The notes under the pieces: model-generated
What the model saw: only the letters and a program-made list of their open reading frames with translations
Database searches by the model: none
Told to the model about the DNA's origin: nothing
Made by a program: the position numbers and the translations under genes
Assembly (NCBI GenBank): GCA_002479075.1
Contig: DLLG01000004.1
Location: forward strand, 245,205 to 309,204
Source: Clostridiales bacterium UBA7568
GTDB lineage: Bacteria > Bacillota > Clostridia > Oscillospirales > CAG-272
Direction of reading: 5' to 3'
DNA: 64,000 nt
Shown: one piece after another, positions 9,683 to 19,192 of the stretch
Position numbering within the stretch: the stretch's first letter is position 1
Layout: each line of letters starts with the position of its first letter

Positions 9683-9696
9683 AGAACAAAAGTTTG
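9683..9696. promoter_or_regulatory. putative LexA (SOS/Cheo) box overlapping the lexA -35
   Basis: AGAACAAAAGTTTG. The core GAAC-N4-GTTT matches the Firmicute core GAAC-N4-GTTC at 7 of 8 positions. Confidence 0.6.
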
Positions 9697-9722
9697 CATT
9701 TTTCCGAAAAGTATGATATAAT
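9693..9722 (+). promoter_or_regulatory. lexA promoter with extended -10
   Basis: TTTGCA, 18-nt spacer, TGATATAAT. Confidence 0.6.
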
Positions 9723-9766
9723 ATAAGGACACATCGGATAAAACGTATTTGACGGGGAGAGGAAAA

Positions 9767-10381
9767 ATGGAAAAGCTGACCGAAAGAGAACGAAGAGTTT
9801 ATGATTTCATATGCGAGACTATGGAGAAAAACGGATATTCGCCGTCTGTCAGGGATATAAAATCCGCTCTCGGCATAAAGAGTACGGCAACGGTTCATTC
9901 GTACCTCGAGCGCCTTGAAAGAAAGGGATATATTCTCAAGGAGCAGGGCAAGAGCAGGACGCTACGGCTCGGAGGAGAGGGAGAGAAAACGTTGCAAACG
10001 GTTACCCGGGTTCCCGTTCTCGGACAGGTCGCGGCGGGGCTTCCGATCCTCGCAGAGCAGAATCTGGACGGGTTCATCGATTTCTGTCCTCCGGCAAAGG
10101 CGGGCTCCGTCGGTGAGCTTTTTGCGCTTGCCGTAAAGGGCGAGAGTATGATAGAGGCGGGAATTTTTGACGGAGACTACGTTATCGTCAACCGCACAAG
10201 CTATGTTGAAAGCGGAGATATAGCCGTCGTGCTCATAGGCGAGGAGGCGACCGTCAAGACGTTTTATAAAGAAAACGGTGTTTTCAGGCTTCAACCGGAA
10301 AACAAAACGATGAAGCCGATAATTGCCAAAGAGGTATACATTCTCGGAAAGGTTATCGCAAATGTGCGCTATTATGAGTAA
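9767..10381 (+). CDS. lexA: LexA repressor
   Basis: ORF 9749..10381. Start placed at ATG 9767 behind GGAGAGG. Winged HTH N-terminus, Ala-Gly cleavage site (QVAAGLP), Ser (VKGESM) and Lys (ATVKTF). Confidence 0.93.
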   Translation: MEKLTERERRVYDFICETMEKNGYSPSVRDIKSALGIKSTATVHSYLERLERKGYILKEQGKSRTLRLGGEGEKTLQTVTRVPVLGQVAAGLPILAEQNLDGFIDFCPPAKAGSVGELFALAVKGESMIEAGIFDGDYVIVNRTSYVESGDIAVVLIGEEATVKTFYKENGVFRLQPENKTMKPIIAKEVYILGKVIANVRYYE

Positions 10382-11216
10382 GCTGAAGAACAAATTTTAT
10401 GCGTCGACGGGGACTCTCGTCGGCAGAGAAAACAATTTTGATTATAACGTCATCATCGAAAACGCAAAGGACATAAAGTCGGACGGCATTGAGTTTATGA
10501 TGCTGCGCGTCTGGTATGACAAGCTTGACGAGATTGCAAAAGCGCTTGCCGACGCCGGCGTTTATACGCCCGTTATGCATTTTGATAAGGATATAGGCGT
10601 TATGCTTGCGGAGGGCGACCCGAAGACAAACGAAAAAGCGCTTGCGCTCTTCTCCGAAAACGCAAGAATGGCAAAGATGATCGGAGCGGGGAAGGCTGTT
10701 TTCCATTTATGGGGAGGGCAGAAATCGGACGGCGCTGTTGACGGGGCGATTGAGCTTTTGCCGCAGATGAAGGAAATATGCGAGGCGGCGGGAACGGAGC
10801 TTCTGATTGAAAACATCCCCTGCGTCTACAACGACCCGCTATCCGTCTGGGAGAAGATATATTCGAGGATTCCCGATATGGGCTTTATTTTCGATACGCG
10901 CTTCGGCAAGTTTCACGAGCAGTATATGGATATTTTCGCAAGCCCCGTATGGAAGAACGTAAAGCATATGCACGCAAGCTCCTTCAACGGCGCAAAGAAC
11001 GAATGGGGGCTTATCCGCCCGATCCTCCAGCCCGGCGAGGGCAAGGTCGATTTTGACCATATCATATCAAATATGCCGCATTACGAAGGAAGCGTCACGC
11101 TCGAATCGCCCGTTATTGCGGAGGACGGAAGCGTCGATATCGCAACTGTCAATCGCTCCCTTGATTTTCTGCGTGAGAGATTTGAAAAATACCGTCCGGA
11201 TGAAAAACCGGTTTGA
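10374..11216 (+). CDS. xylose isomerase-like TIM-barrel protein (sugar phosphate isomerase/epimerase / AP_endonuc_2 superfamily)
   Basis: ATG 10374 overlaps the lexA stop (ATGAGTAA). Family-like blocks AVFHLWGG, ELLIENIP and HMHASS. ATG 10362 is an alternative start. Confidence 0.7.
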   Translation: MSKLKNKFYASTGTLVGRENNFDYNVIIENAKDIKSDGIEFMMLRVWYDKLDEIAKALADAGVYTPVMHFDKDIGVMLAEGDPKTNEKALALFSENARMAKMIGAGKAVFHLWGGQKSDGAVDGAIELLPQMKEICEAAGTELLIENIPCVYNDPLSVWEKIYSRIPDMGFIFDTRFGKFHEQYMDIFASPVWKNVKHMHASSFNGAKNEWGLIRPILQPGEGKVDFDHIISNMPHYEGSVTLESPVIAEDGSVDIATVNRSLDFLRERFEKYRPDEKPV

Positions 11217-11300
11217 ACAAACTGAAAACTTTCTTTGAAGTCGGTTGCGAACGGCGCCGACTTATGCTATCATTAAAAAAACAAATCGAAAGAGATAAAA

Positions 11301-12749
11301 ATGAAAAGAACGATCTGCTTTATTTTGCTTATGGCAATAACTGCCGCCCTGCTTTGCGGTTGCGGTTTCAATTATGACAAAGAGGACCTTTCAAAATACG
11401 TAGACCTTGCGGATTACGGTTCCTTTACCTTCGCGGAATTTGAAAAGAGATACGAGGAATATCGCAAGGCGCTGGCGGAGGATATAAAAAAGGACGATTC
11501 GTCATTCGTCATCGACGACGGATTTTCCGTTGATATTTCCGTCACGGCGGAGATTATTTCAGAGGTTGTCTCCGATGACGGCGCAACGACGACTGTTTCC
11601 TACAAGCGCTACGAAAAATGGTGCGTTGACGGGGATGAAAAATGCCTCGAGGGCTACTGCATCGGTAAAATCGCCGCAAACGAAAAGTTTGACGCAGGCT
11701 TGCATTATAACGTAAAGGACGTTTCCGAGAGCTACGAAAGCGAGCGCGAGGTTACCCTTGACAAGGCGTTTTCGTTTGTTATGGAAATTCCCTCGTCATA
11801 TGAGGACGGCGAGGTTGCAGGAAAGAAACTCAGGTTTACGGTTACCGTGCTCGATGTGCTCCCCGGAATGACGGAGACGGACATATATTCGGAGCTTACG
11901 GCGTTTTTCGGCAAGTGCGGACTGGAAAAGAGCAAAGCCGAGCGCGGTGACTGGATGGTTTTTGATTTCAAGGGTACGATAGACGGAAAGGAATTCAACG
12001 GCGGCACGGGCGAGGATTATAAGGTCCGTCTCGGCGCGGGATACCTCTTTGACAGCTTTGAGGAAGGACTCCTCGACCACGGAGCGGGCGACGAATTCAA
12101 GATCGAAGTAACGTTCCCGGCAGATTACGACGACAGCTCGGTCGCAGGGAAGAAAACGGAATTTTCGATAAAGGTCAGGGATGTGTACAACACGGACGAG
12201 ACTGTCAGAAAAAATACGGAATTTGCGGATTACTATGAGCTCAAAAACGCGCTTCGCGTCATAAGCTATATGAAGAGCAAAATGATGGACGCGGTAGTTG
12301 AAAAGTCTGTTGTGAAGGAATATCCGAAGTCGCTTATGACGCAGTACGAAAAGCTCTATGAGGATGATGTTGCGGCAGCGGTCTCGGATGCTATGAAGAA
12401 ATACGGCGTCTCCGAGGACGAAGCCAAAAAGATGGTATACGGCAGCTCTGCGGCGGCAGACGAATACGTTAAGACCAATGCGGAAAATACGGCAAAGGAA
12501 GCACTCGTAACGCACGCCGTCAAAAAGTCGCTAGGCATAAAATATACAAACAGCGACTACAAAGAGGACCTGAAAAATCTTCAGCTCTATCTCCTTTATT
12601 ACGGAGGCTATAACATAACGACAAGCGAGCTCGAAGGGCTTTATACAAAGGACGCTCTGAAGATACAGTTCCTGTATCAGACCTGCAACGAAAAGCTCTG
12701 TGAGACCGCATTGCCGAAGGATACACCGGAGATACCGGGGGTGCAATAA
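11301..12749 (+). CDS. trigger-factor-like FKBP-type PPIase/chaperone, lipoprotein
   Basis: Lipobox LLCGCG. TF-type FKBP domain (DWMVFDFKGTIDGKEFNGGTGEDYKVRLGAGYLFDSFEEGLLDH...VAGKKTEFSIKVRDV) plus a TF C-terminal-like helical region. No GFRxGxxP ribosome-binding motif. Confidence 0.75.
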   Translation: MKRTICFILLMAITAALLCGCGFNYDKEDLSKYVDLADYGSFTFAEFEKRYEEYRKALAEDIKKDDSSFVIDDGFSVDISVTAEIISEVVSDDGATTTVSYKRYEKWCVDGDEKCLEGYCIGKIAANEKFDAGLHYNVKDVSESYESEREVTLDKAFSFVMEIPSSYEDGEVAGKKLRFTVTVLDVLPGMTETDIYSELTAFFGKCGLEKSKAERGDWMVFDFKGTIDGKEFNGGTGEDYKVRLGAGYLFDSFEEGLLDHGAGDEFKIEVTFPADYDDSSVAGKKTEFSIKVRDVYNTDETVRKNTEFADYYELKNALRVISYMKSKMMDAVVEKSVVKEYPKSLMTQYEKLYEDDVAAAVSDAMKKYGVSEDEAKKMVYGSSAAADEYVKTNAENTAKEALVTHAVKKSLGIKYTNSDYKEDLKNLQLYLLYYGGYNITTSELEGLYTKDALKIQFLYQTCNEKLCETALPKDTPEIPGVQ

Positions 12750-12760
12750 AAAACGAGATA

Positions 12761-12796
12761 AAAAGTGCTGCGGAGGGCTCCGCGGCACTTTTTTGT
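12761..12796 (+). terminator. rho-independent terminator
   Basis: Stem agtgctgcgga/tccgcggcact (one mismatch) followed by TTTTTT. Confidence 0.7.
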
Positions 12797-12845
12797 TTCA
12801 AAAACGTTAATTTTTGATAAATGTGTGGAAATCGCAGAAAGTGTA

Positions 12846-12854
12846 TGATATAAT
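12846..12854 (+). promoter_or_regulatory. extended -10 element upstream of lon
   Basis: TGATATAAT. The same TGATATAATATAA string recurs upstream of lexA and prfB. Confidence 0.5.
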
Positions 12855-12926
12855 ATAACTCAAAACTATAATAGGATAATATGCGCCGCGGTTGCGGAGA
12901 ATAAAATACAGAAAAAGGACATCAGA

Positions 12927-15365
12927 ATGAATACAGAAAGCGAAGTTATAAAAAAAGTTGTTTTGCCCTGCATAGCGATGAGGGGTGTTGTGGCTTTTCC
13001 GAAGATATCGGTCAACCTTGAAATCGGCAGATCGGCATCAAAGAGAGCTTGTGATGTTGCCCTCGGAGCAGACGGGCTTGTTATGCTTGTGTGCCAGAGA
13101 GATTCGTTTATCGAAGAGCCCTCGAAGGACGATGTTTATACCGTCGGCGTGACGGCGAAAATAAAACAGCTCGTAAAGACAGAGGAAGGTGTCTATCGCA
13201 CGCTTATGGAGCCGATTGCGCGCGCGGAGATAACCGATTTTTACCGCGTCGGCAGATATGCGATCGCGGAGGGACTTGAAAAAACTGCGGAATATACAGC
13301 AACCTCCGAGGAGACCTCGGCGGTATTGCGCGAGATAAGAAGAACCGTTGCCGAAATATCCTCGCTTTTGCCGATGTTTTCGGATGACGTTTATGCACAG
13401 GTCAACCGGACAAACGACGTCTCGCTCCTTTGCGACTTCATTGCGGCAAATGTCATAGCCGATATCGAAAAGCGTCAGTCGCTGCTTGAAATATTTGACC
13501 CCTCCCAGAGGGCACTGTCGCTTCTGACGGAGCTCCAGCAGGAGAGACTGATAATGCTGACGGAGAAGAAGATCAATCGCAAGGTACACGAAAGAATAGA
13601 CAAAAACCAGCGTGACTATTATCTCCGCGAGCAGATCAAGGCGATAAAAAGCGAGCTCGGCGAGGACGAGGAGTTCGATGATGACGACCTTGCCGAATAC
13701 TACGAAAAGATAAAAAAGGCAAAACTGCCGGAGGAGATGCGTGAGAAGCTCGTAAAGGAGCTGAAGAAGCTTTCCAAAATGCCGTTCGGCTCGGCAGAGG
13801 GAGGCGTCGTCAGAAACTATATAGAGACCTGCCTTGAAATTCCGTTCGGCAAGGAGACCAAGGACCGTATCGATATAGATCAGGCGAGAAAAATACTTGA
13901 CGAGGATCACGACGGTCTGGAGGAGGTCAAGGCAAGGATAATCGAATATCTTGCGGCGCTGAAGCTGAATCCGGAGCTGAAAAATCAGGTGCTTTGCCTC
14001 GTCGGTCCTCCCGGAACGGGAAAGACGTCCGTCGCCTCTTCAATCGCAAGAGCGATGAACAGAAAGTTCGTCCGTATTTCGCTCGGCGGCGTTCGTGATG
14101 AAGCGGACATCAGAGGACACAGAAAAACCTATATCGGCTCAATGCCGGGAAGAATAATCAATGCGCTGACGCAGGCGGGATCGATGAACCCCTTGATTCT
14201 TATGGACGAGGTCGATAAGCTCACCCGTGATTCGCACGGCGACCCCGCATCGGCGCTTCTCGAAGTGCTTGATACGGAGCAGAACAAGACCTTCCGCGAC
14301 CATTTCATCGAAACGCCGATCGACCTTTCGGATTGTCTCTTTATCACAACGGCAAACACTCTTTCGACTATCCCCCAGCCGCTTATCGACAGGATGGAGA
14401 TTGTCGAAATGAAGATATATACAAGGGCGGAGAAGTTTTCGATCGCCCGTCATCATCTCATCCCGAAGCAGGAAAAGCGTCACGGCTTGAGCGGCAGAAC
14501 GCTGAAGATAGATGATGGCGCGCTTTATGCGATAATCGACGAATACACCTCAGAGGCGGGTGTGCGTCAGCTTGAAAGAATGATTGCAAAATGCTGTCGC
14601 AGGGCAGCAAAGGAGATCGTCTGCGACGGGAAAAAGAGCGTCCGCGTGTCAATTAAAAATCTTTCGGACTACGTTGGCACGGAGAGAATGTCAAAGGACA
14701 GAATCCTTCCCGAAAACGAAGTCGGCACGGTCTGCGGAATGGCATATACGGAGCTTGGCGGCGAGATAATGCGCATTGAAGCGCTCGCTCTTGACGGAGC
14801 GGGAAAGATCGAGCTGACGGGCAGTCTCGGAAACGTTATGAGAGAGTCTGCGCAGGCGGCGATGAGCTTTGTGCGCTCGCGTGCCTCGTCGCTCGGTATC
14901 GATCCGGAGTTTTACAAGAAAAAGGATATACACATTCATTTCCCCGAAGGCGCCATTCCGAAGGACGGACCCTCTGCGGGAGTTGCGATTGCCGTTGCGA
15001 TAGTCAGCGAGCTTACGGGGATAGCCGTCCGTCGCGACGTTGCGATGACCGGCGAGATCACCCTGCGCGGCAGAGTGCTTGCGATAGGCGGTCTGCGCGA
15101 AAAAACAATGGCGGCATATCTTGCGGGCGTAAAGACGATAATATTGCCCGAGGAAAACCGCAAGGACGAAAACGAGATCCTTCCCGAGGTGAAGGAAAAC
15201 GTTGAAATCATATACATATCAAGCGCCGATGAGGCTGTCAGACTTGCGCTCTGCGCAGAACCGAAGGCGGCGGAGCAGGCTGCGAAGGGCGATGAAAAAA
15301 GCGACGGAGCATATGTTCCCGTTGCCGAAAAACGCAACCGCAGGACACGCATCGAGGCAAAATAA
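12927..15365 (+). CDS. lon: ATP-dependent Lon protease (LonA)
   Basis: Walker A GPPGTGKTS. Catalytic-Ser block PKDGPSAGVA. 812 aa. Confidence 0.97.
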   Translation: MNTESEVIKKVVLPCIAMRGVVAFPKISVNLEIGRSASKRACDVALGADGLVMLVCQRDSFIEEPSKDDVYTVGVTAKIKQLVKTEEGVYRTLMEPIARAEITDFYRVGRYAIAEGLEKTAEYTATSEETSAVLREIRRTVAEISSLLPMFSDDVYAQVNRTNDVSLLCDFIAANVIADIEKRQSLLEIFDPSQRALSLLTELQQERLIMLTEKKINRKVHERIDKNQRDYYLREQIKAIKSELGEDEEFDDDDLAEYYEKIKKAKLPEEMREKLVKELKKLSKMPFGSAEGGVVRNYIETCLEIPFGKETKDRIDIDQARKILDEDHDGLEEVKARIIEYLAALKLNPELKNQVLCLVGPPGTGKTSVASSIARAMNRKFVRISLGGVRDEADIRGHRKTYIGSMPGRIINALTQAGSMNPLILMDEVDKLTRDSHGDPASALLEVLDTEQNKTFRDHFIETPIDLSDCLFITTANTLSTIPQPLIDRMEIVEMKIYTRAEKFSIARHHLIPKQEKRHGLSGRTLKIDDGALYAIIDEYTSEAGVRQLERMIAKCCRRAAKEIVCDGKKSVRVSIKNLSDYVGTERMSKDRILPENEVGTVCGMAYTELGGEIMRIEALALDGAGKIELTGSLGNVMRESAQAAMSFVRSRASSLGIDPEFYKKKDIHIHFPEGAIPKDGPSAGVAIAVAIVSELTGIAVRRDVAMTGEITLRGRVLAIGGLREKTMAAYLAGVKTIILPEENRKDENEILPEVKENVEIIYISSADEAVRLALCAEPKAAEQAAKGDEKSDGAYVPVAEKRNRRTRIEAK

Positions 15366-15381
15366 AAGACAGGAGAAAACG

Positions 15382-15987
15382 ATGAAATTCAACCTTGCAA
15401 AAGCGGAGTTTGCACTCTCCGCCGGCAGAGCAAATCAGTTTCCGCGCGACGGCAGACCGCAGATTGCAATGTCCGGACGGTCGAACGTCGGCAAAAGCTC
15501 GCTGATAAATACGGTTCTCGGAAGAAAAAAGCTGGCGAGAACGAGCTCCGAACCGGGAAAGACGATAACCGTCAATTTCTATGATATAGACAGCAAATTT
15601 TATCTCGTTGACCTGCCGGGCTACGGATATGCAAAGCGTTCCGAATCGGAGAAAAGGGTCTGGTCATCGCTGACAAACGGCTATCTTACGGGCGATTGCG
15701 CCCCGTCACTTGTGCTTCAGCTTGTCGACCTCAAGGTCGGACCGACGGGCGACGACTGTATGATGTTTGACTGGCTCGATAAATCCGGAATACCTTATGT
15801 GATCGTCGCGACGAAGGCCGATAAGCTCAACAAGACAGACAGAAAGCGCAATTTCGAAGCCCTCTGCGACCATCCTCTTCTGAACCCTCCGATGGCGGCG
15901 GAGAAAATAAAAGTGATTGCCTTTTCATCGCTTACGGGCGAAGGAAAGGACGATGTCATCTCCGTTATATCGGAGCATCTGAAATAA
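15382..15987 (+). CDS. engB: ribosome biogenesis GTPase EngB/YsxC
   Basis: Start at ATG 15382 behind AGGAGAA. G1 GRSNVGKSSLIN, G3 DLPGYG, G4 TKADK. The ORF extension back to 15202 overlaps lon and was discarded. Confidence 0.93.
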   Translation: MKFNLAKAEFALSAGRANQFPRDGRPQIAMSGRSNVGKSSLINTVLGRKKLARTSSEPGKTITVNFYDIDSKFYLVDLPGYGYAKRSESEKRVWSSLTNGYLTGDCAPSLVLQLVDLKVGPTGDDCMMFDWLDKSGIPYVIVATKADKLNKTDRKRNFEALCDHPLLNPPMAAEKIKVIAFSSLTGEGKDDVISVISEHLK

Positions 15988-16005
15988 ACAAAGGAGCCCG
16001 AGCTT

Positions 16006-16704
16006 ATGCTTATTAACCTGATACAGGGACTCATCAGCGGACAGGACAACTTCAAAAGCGTTCTGATACAGTTGCTGATAACGATCCCGATTGTGCTTAT
16101 ATCGCTGACCGTGCACGAATTTTCGCATGGCTACGCTTCATACCTTCTCGGCGACAATACGGCGAGAAACTACGGCAGACTGACGCTCAATCCCTTAAAA
16201 CACCTTGATCCGATCGGCACGCTCTGTATGCTTCTTTTCGGCTTCGGCTGGGCAAAGCCGTGCCCCGTGAACCCCAGATACTATAAGCATCCGAGGAGCG
16301 GTATGGCGATAACAGCCGCTGCAGGCCCGCTTTCAAACATAATTCTGGCATTTCTGAATCTGATATTTATGAACCTTGTCGGGATAATACCGGTGAGCGG
16401 AGAGGGATTTGGTACGACAATTGTCAGCGTTGCATATCTCTTCTTCTATCTGATGTCTGTTATGAATATCTATCTCGCCGTGTTCAACCTCATCCCCGTT
16501 CCTCCTCTTGACGGCTCGAGAATACTTTTCATCTTCCTGCCGACGAAAGCGTATTTCGGCATAATGAAATATGAAAGATATATCCAGGTCGCGCTGCTTG
16601 TTCTTCTTTATCTCGGCGTGTTTGACGGTACTATCGGCTGGGTTGCGGACAAAATCCTTTACGGAATGAACTGGCTCATAACCCGTATACCGATTTTCGG
16701 ATAA
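16006..16704 (+). CDS. site-2 protease family (M50) zinc metalloprotease, membrane
   Basis: HEFSHG (HExxH) inside a TM segment. Multi-pass protein. Confidence 0.85.
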   Translation: MLINLIQGLISGQDNFKSVLIQLLITIPIVLISLTVHEFSHGYASYLLGDNTARNYGRLTLNPLKHLDPIGTLCMLLFGFGWAKPCPVNPRYYKHPRSGMAITAAAGPLSNIILAFLNLIFMNLVGIIPVSGEGFGTTIVSVAYLFFYLMSVMNIYLAVFNLIPVPPLDGSRILFIFLPTKAYFGIMKYERYIQVALLVLLYLGVFDGTIGWVADKILYGMNWLITRIPIFG

Positions 16705-16728
16705 TCAAAAGACAGGAGAAAAAAGCAG

Positions 16729-17496
16729 TTGGAGCTTGTGTTCAAAACGGAGGAATACGAAGGCCCGCTTGACCTTCTCCTTTCTCTGATTTCAAAAAAT
16801 AAAATGAGCATTTTCGATATACGCATATCGGAGCTTTTTGAGCAGTATATGGCATATGTTGACGAAATGCAGAAGCTCGATATGGAGATAGCGGGCGAAT
16901 TCATCACTATGGCTGCGGAGCTTATGTATATAAAAAGCAAAATGCTGCTTCCAAAGCCCGAAGAAGAGGATCCGAGGCAGGAGCTTGTCCGCAAGCTGAT
17001 GGAATATAAGACGGCAAAGGAAGCGGCGAAGCTGCTTTCGGAGCGGGAGAGCGAATTTGCCGGCAGATTTGAAAAGGACACGGACGAGATAAAACCGTCG
17101 TTCGACGATAACGTCCGTATGGATTCCGCATTGCTTTCCGCCGCGCTTGCAAAGATCTTCCTCCGAGACGCAGAGAGAAGAGAAGCGGAAAGGCTCGCCC
17201 CGATGGAGGCGATCGCGCCGATGGTGAGAAGAAAGGTTGTTTCCGTCAGCGGAAGGGTAATGTTTATTATGCGAAAGATGTACAGAAGGGGATCCGTGCA
17301 TTTTGAAGAAATATTCGAAGGTGCCGAGGGGCGCTCGGAAATAATAACAATATTTTATGCTCTGCTTGAACTCCTTCGGACGGGCAGGGTGACAATGAAA
17401 AGAGCCGAAGGCGATGTCGACGGAACAAATATAATTCTGGGCTTGAGTTATGCTCACGCCCGTGACGAAAAGAGCGGAAGTGAAACCGATGAATGA
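16729..17496 (+). CDS. scpA: segregation and condensation protein A
   Basis: TTG start behind AGGAGAA. The N-terminus YEGPLDLLLSLISKNKMSIFDIRISEL is typical of ScpA. Confidence 0.9.
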   Translation: MELVFKTEEYEGPLDLLLSLISKNKMSIFDIRISELFEQYMAYVDEMQKLDMEIAGEFITMAAELMYIKSKMLLPKPEEEDPRQELVRKLMEYKTAKEAAKLLSERESEFAGRFEKDTDEIKPSFDDNVRMDSALLSAALAKIFLRDAERREAERLAPMEAIAPMVRRKVVSVSGRVMFIMRKMYRRGSVHFEEIFEGAEGRSEIITIFYALLELLRTGRVTMKRAEGDVDGTNIILGLSYAHARDEKSGSETDE

Positions 17497-18037
17497 CGAA
17501 AAAATACTGACAACGAGCGAAATGAAGCGCATAATTGAGGCGGTGCTCTTTGCCGCAGGACACCCGGTTACCTTTGCAAAGCTGGCAGAGGTTATGGGCG
17601 TGGACGAGGAGACGGCAAAGAACGTTGTGCTTGAATATAAGGACGAATACGAGGGCGATTTTCCCCGCGGGATCCAGCTCCTTGTGCTCGGAAAGGCTTG
17701 TCAGCTTGTAACAAAAGAGGCATTTGCGGATTATGTCAAGGCTGCGCTCGGCATACGCGACGGAGGAAACCTTTCGCGCGCCTCGCTTGAAACGCTTGCG
17801 ATAATCGCATATAACCAGCCCGTGACACGCTCGTATATCGAACAGGTGCGCGGGGCGGACAGTTCGTATTCCGTCGGCGTGCTTTCCGAAAGGGAGCTCA
17901 TTGAGGAGGTCGGGCGGCTTGAAGTGCCCGGCAGACCACGACTTTACGGTACTACGGAAAAATTTCTCCGCATCTTCGGGCTTTCGTCGATAGAGGAGCT
18001 GCCGCCGATAAAAACATCGACGGGCGAGAGCCTATGA
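17489..18037 (+). CDS. scpB: segregation and condensation protein B
   Basis: ATG 17489 overlaps the scpA stop. IIEAVLFAAGHPV and YNQPVTRSYIEQVRG blocks. Confidence 0.9.
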   Translation: MNDEKILTTSEMKRIIEAVLFAAGHPVTFAKLAEVMGVDEETAKNVVLEYKDEYEGDFPRGIQLLVLGKACQLVTKEAFADYVKAALGIRDGGNLSRASLETLAIIAYNQPVTRSYIEQVRGADSSYSVGVLSERELIEEVGRLEVPGRPRLYGTTEKFLRIFGLSSIEELPPIKTSTGESL

Positions 18038-18678
18038 CGGCGCTGATAATCATCGGCGCAATCCTTTTTGTCATTGCTCTGATACTTTTTCTTCCTGTTC
18101 ATATAACGGCTTGCGTAAAAGACGATGCGAAAGTCTTTTTACGGGTACTTTTCGTTAAGATAAAACTGTTTCCCGCAGCGAAGAAAAAGCCGAAGAAGAA
18201 GGCAAAGGAGAAAAAGCAAAAGCAGGAAAAGAAAGAGGACAAGCCCGAAAAAAAGAAAAAAGAAAAGCGGGATATTCCGGAACTTATTCATTCGGTTGCG
18301 GATGTGCTTTCCGTTTTTATCAGGCAGTTTTCAAAGCACGTTAAAATCAGAGTTTTGCGGTATAAAATAATAATAGGGACAGGCGACGCGGCGAAAACCG
18401 CCTTGCTTTACGGAGCCGCGGAGCAGGCGACGGCATATCTGTTTGCCGTCCTCGGCGAAAACATAAATTTTGCTTTTTCAAAGAAAAATTCGCTCGTATG
18501 GGGCGATTTTACGAGCGAAAAAACCGTGGCGGACGTAAAGATAGACGTCAGCATAAACGTTTTCGGCGCGCTTGCGATGGTATTGCCGACCTTTATGGCA
18601 TACGTCCGCAATTTCGGTATGCCGAAGACAAAAAGCGAAGATAAAACCCAATCGGAGGAGACTCCGGGAAAGGAATAA
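18034..18678 (+). CDS. DUF2953 (YtfI-like) sporulation-associated membrane protein
   Basis: N-terminal TM helix, Lys/Glu-rich low-complexity tract, and position directly upstream of a GerW/YtfJ gene. Confidence 0.65.
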   Translation: MTALIIIGAILFVIALILFLPVHITACVKDDAKVFLRVLFVKIKLFPAAKKKPKKKAKEKKQKQEKKEDKPEKKKKEKRDIPELIHSVADVLSVFIRQFSKHVKIRVLRYKIIIGTGDAAKTALLYGAAEQATAYLFAVLGENINFAFSKKNSLVWGDFTSEKTVADVKIDVSINVFGALAMVLPTFMAYVRNFGMPKTKSEDKTQSEETPGKE

Positions 18679-18684
18679 AAACTT

Positions 18685-19143
18685 ATGGAAGAAAACAAAA
18701 TCAGCGGTCTTTTCTCATCAACTCTGGACAGCGTAAAGGACGTTGTCGATTCAAACACCGTTATGGGCACGCCGATAATTACGACGTCCGGAACGACGAT
18801 CATCCCCGTTTCGAAGGTTTCCGTCGGCTTTGTCGGCGGCGGGACCGACTTCGGCTCGAAGAAGGACGATAAGAAAAACTTCGGCGGCGGAGGAGGCACG
18901 GGCGTTTCGGCAACTCCGATAGGGTTTGTCGTTGTAAATGCCGAAGGCGACGTAAAATTCATCAGCGTTGAAAATCCGACGGGCGCAGACGGCGTTTCGC
19001 TCGGCGACATCGCCGAAAAGGCAAAGGGAATTATCGGCAAGATCAAGGAAATGATCGATAAAAAGAAAGCCGAAAAGGCAGAAAAAGCCGAAAAAGAAGA
19101 CGCCTCAGAGGAAGAGGAAACAGACGCAGAGAACGCCGAATAA
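18685..19143 (+). CDS. GerW/YtfJ family sporulation protein
   Basis: GTPIITTSGTTIIPVSKVSVGFVGGG...GGGGGTGVSATPIGFVVV is characteristic of this family. Confidence 0.8.
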   Translation: MEENKISGLFSSTLDSVKDVVDSNTVMGTPIITTSGTTIIPVSKVSVGFVGGGTDFGSKKDDKKNFGGGGGTGVSATPIGFVVVNAEGDVKFISVENPTGADGVSLGDIAEKAKGIIGKIKEMIDKKKAEKAEKAEKEDASEEEETDAENAE

Positions 19144-19192
19144 AAAAGCGGAAAACCGCACATCATTTATAAAAAAATGAAGGCGGTTTTGT

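Noticed and set aside
15202-15381. The N-terminal extension of the engB ORF, which overlaps the lon 3' end by 164 nt.
   Set aside because: The extension is Arg-rich junk in an alternative frame of lon. A proper AGGAGAA-ATG start at 15382 gives the canonical EngB N-terminus.
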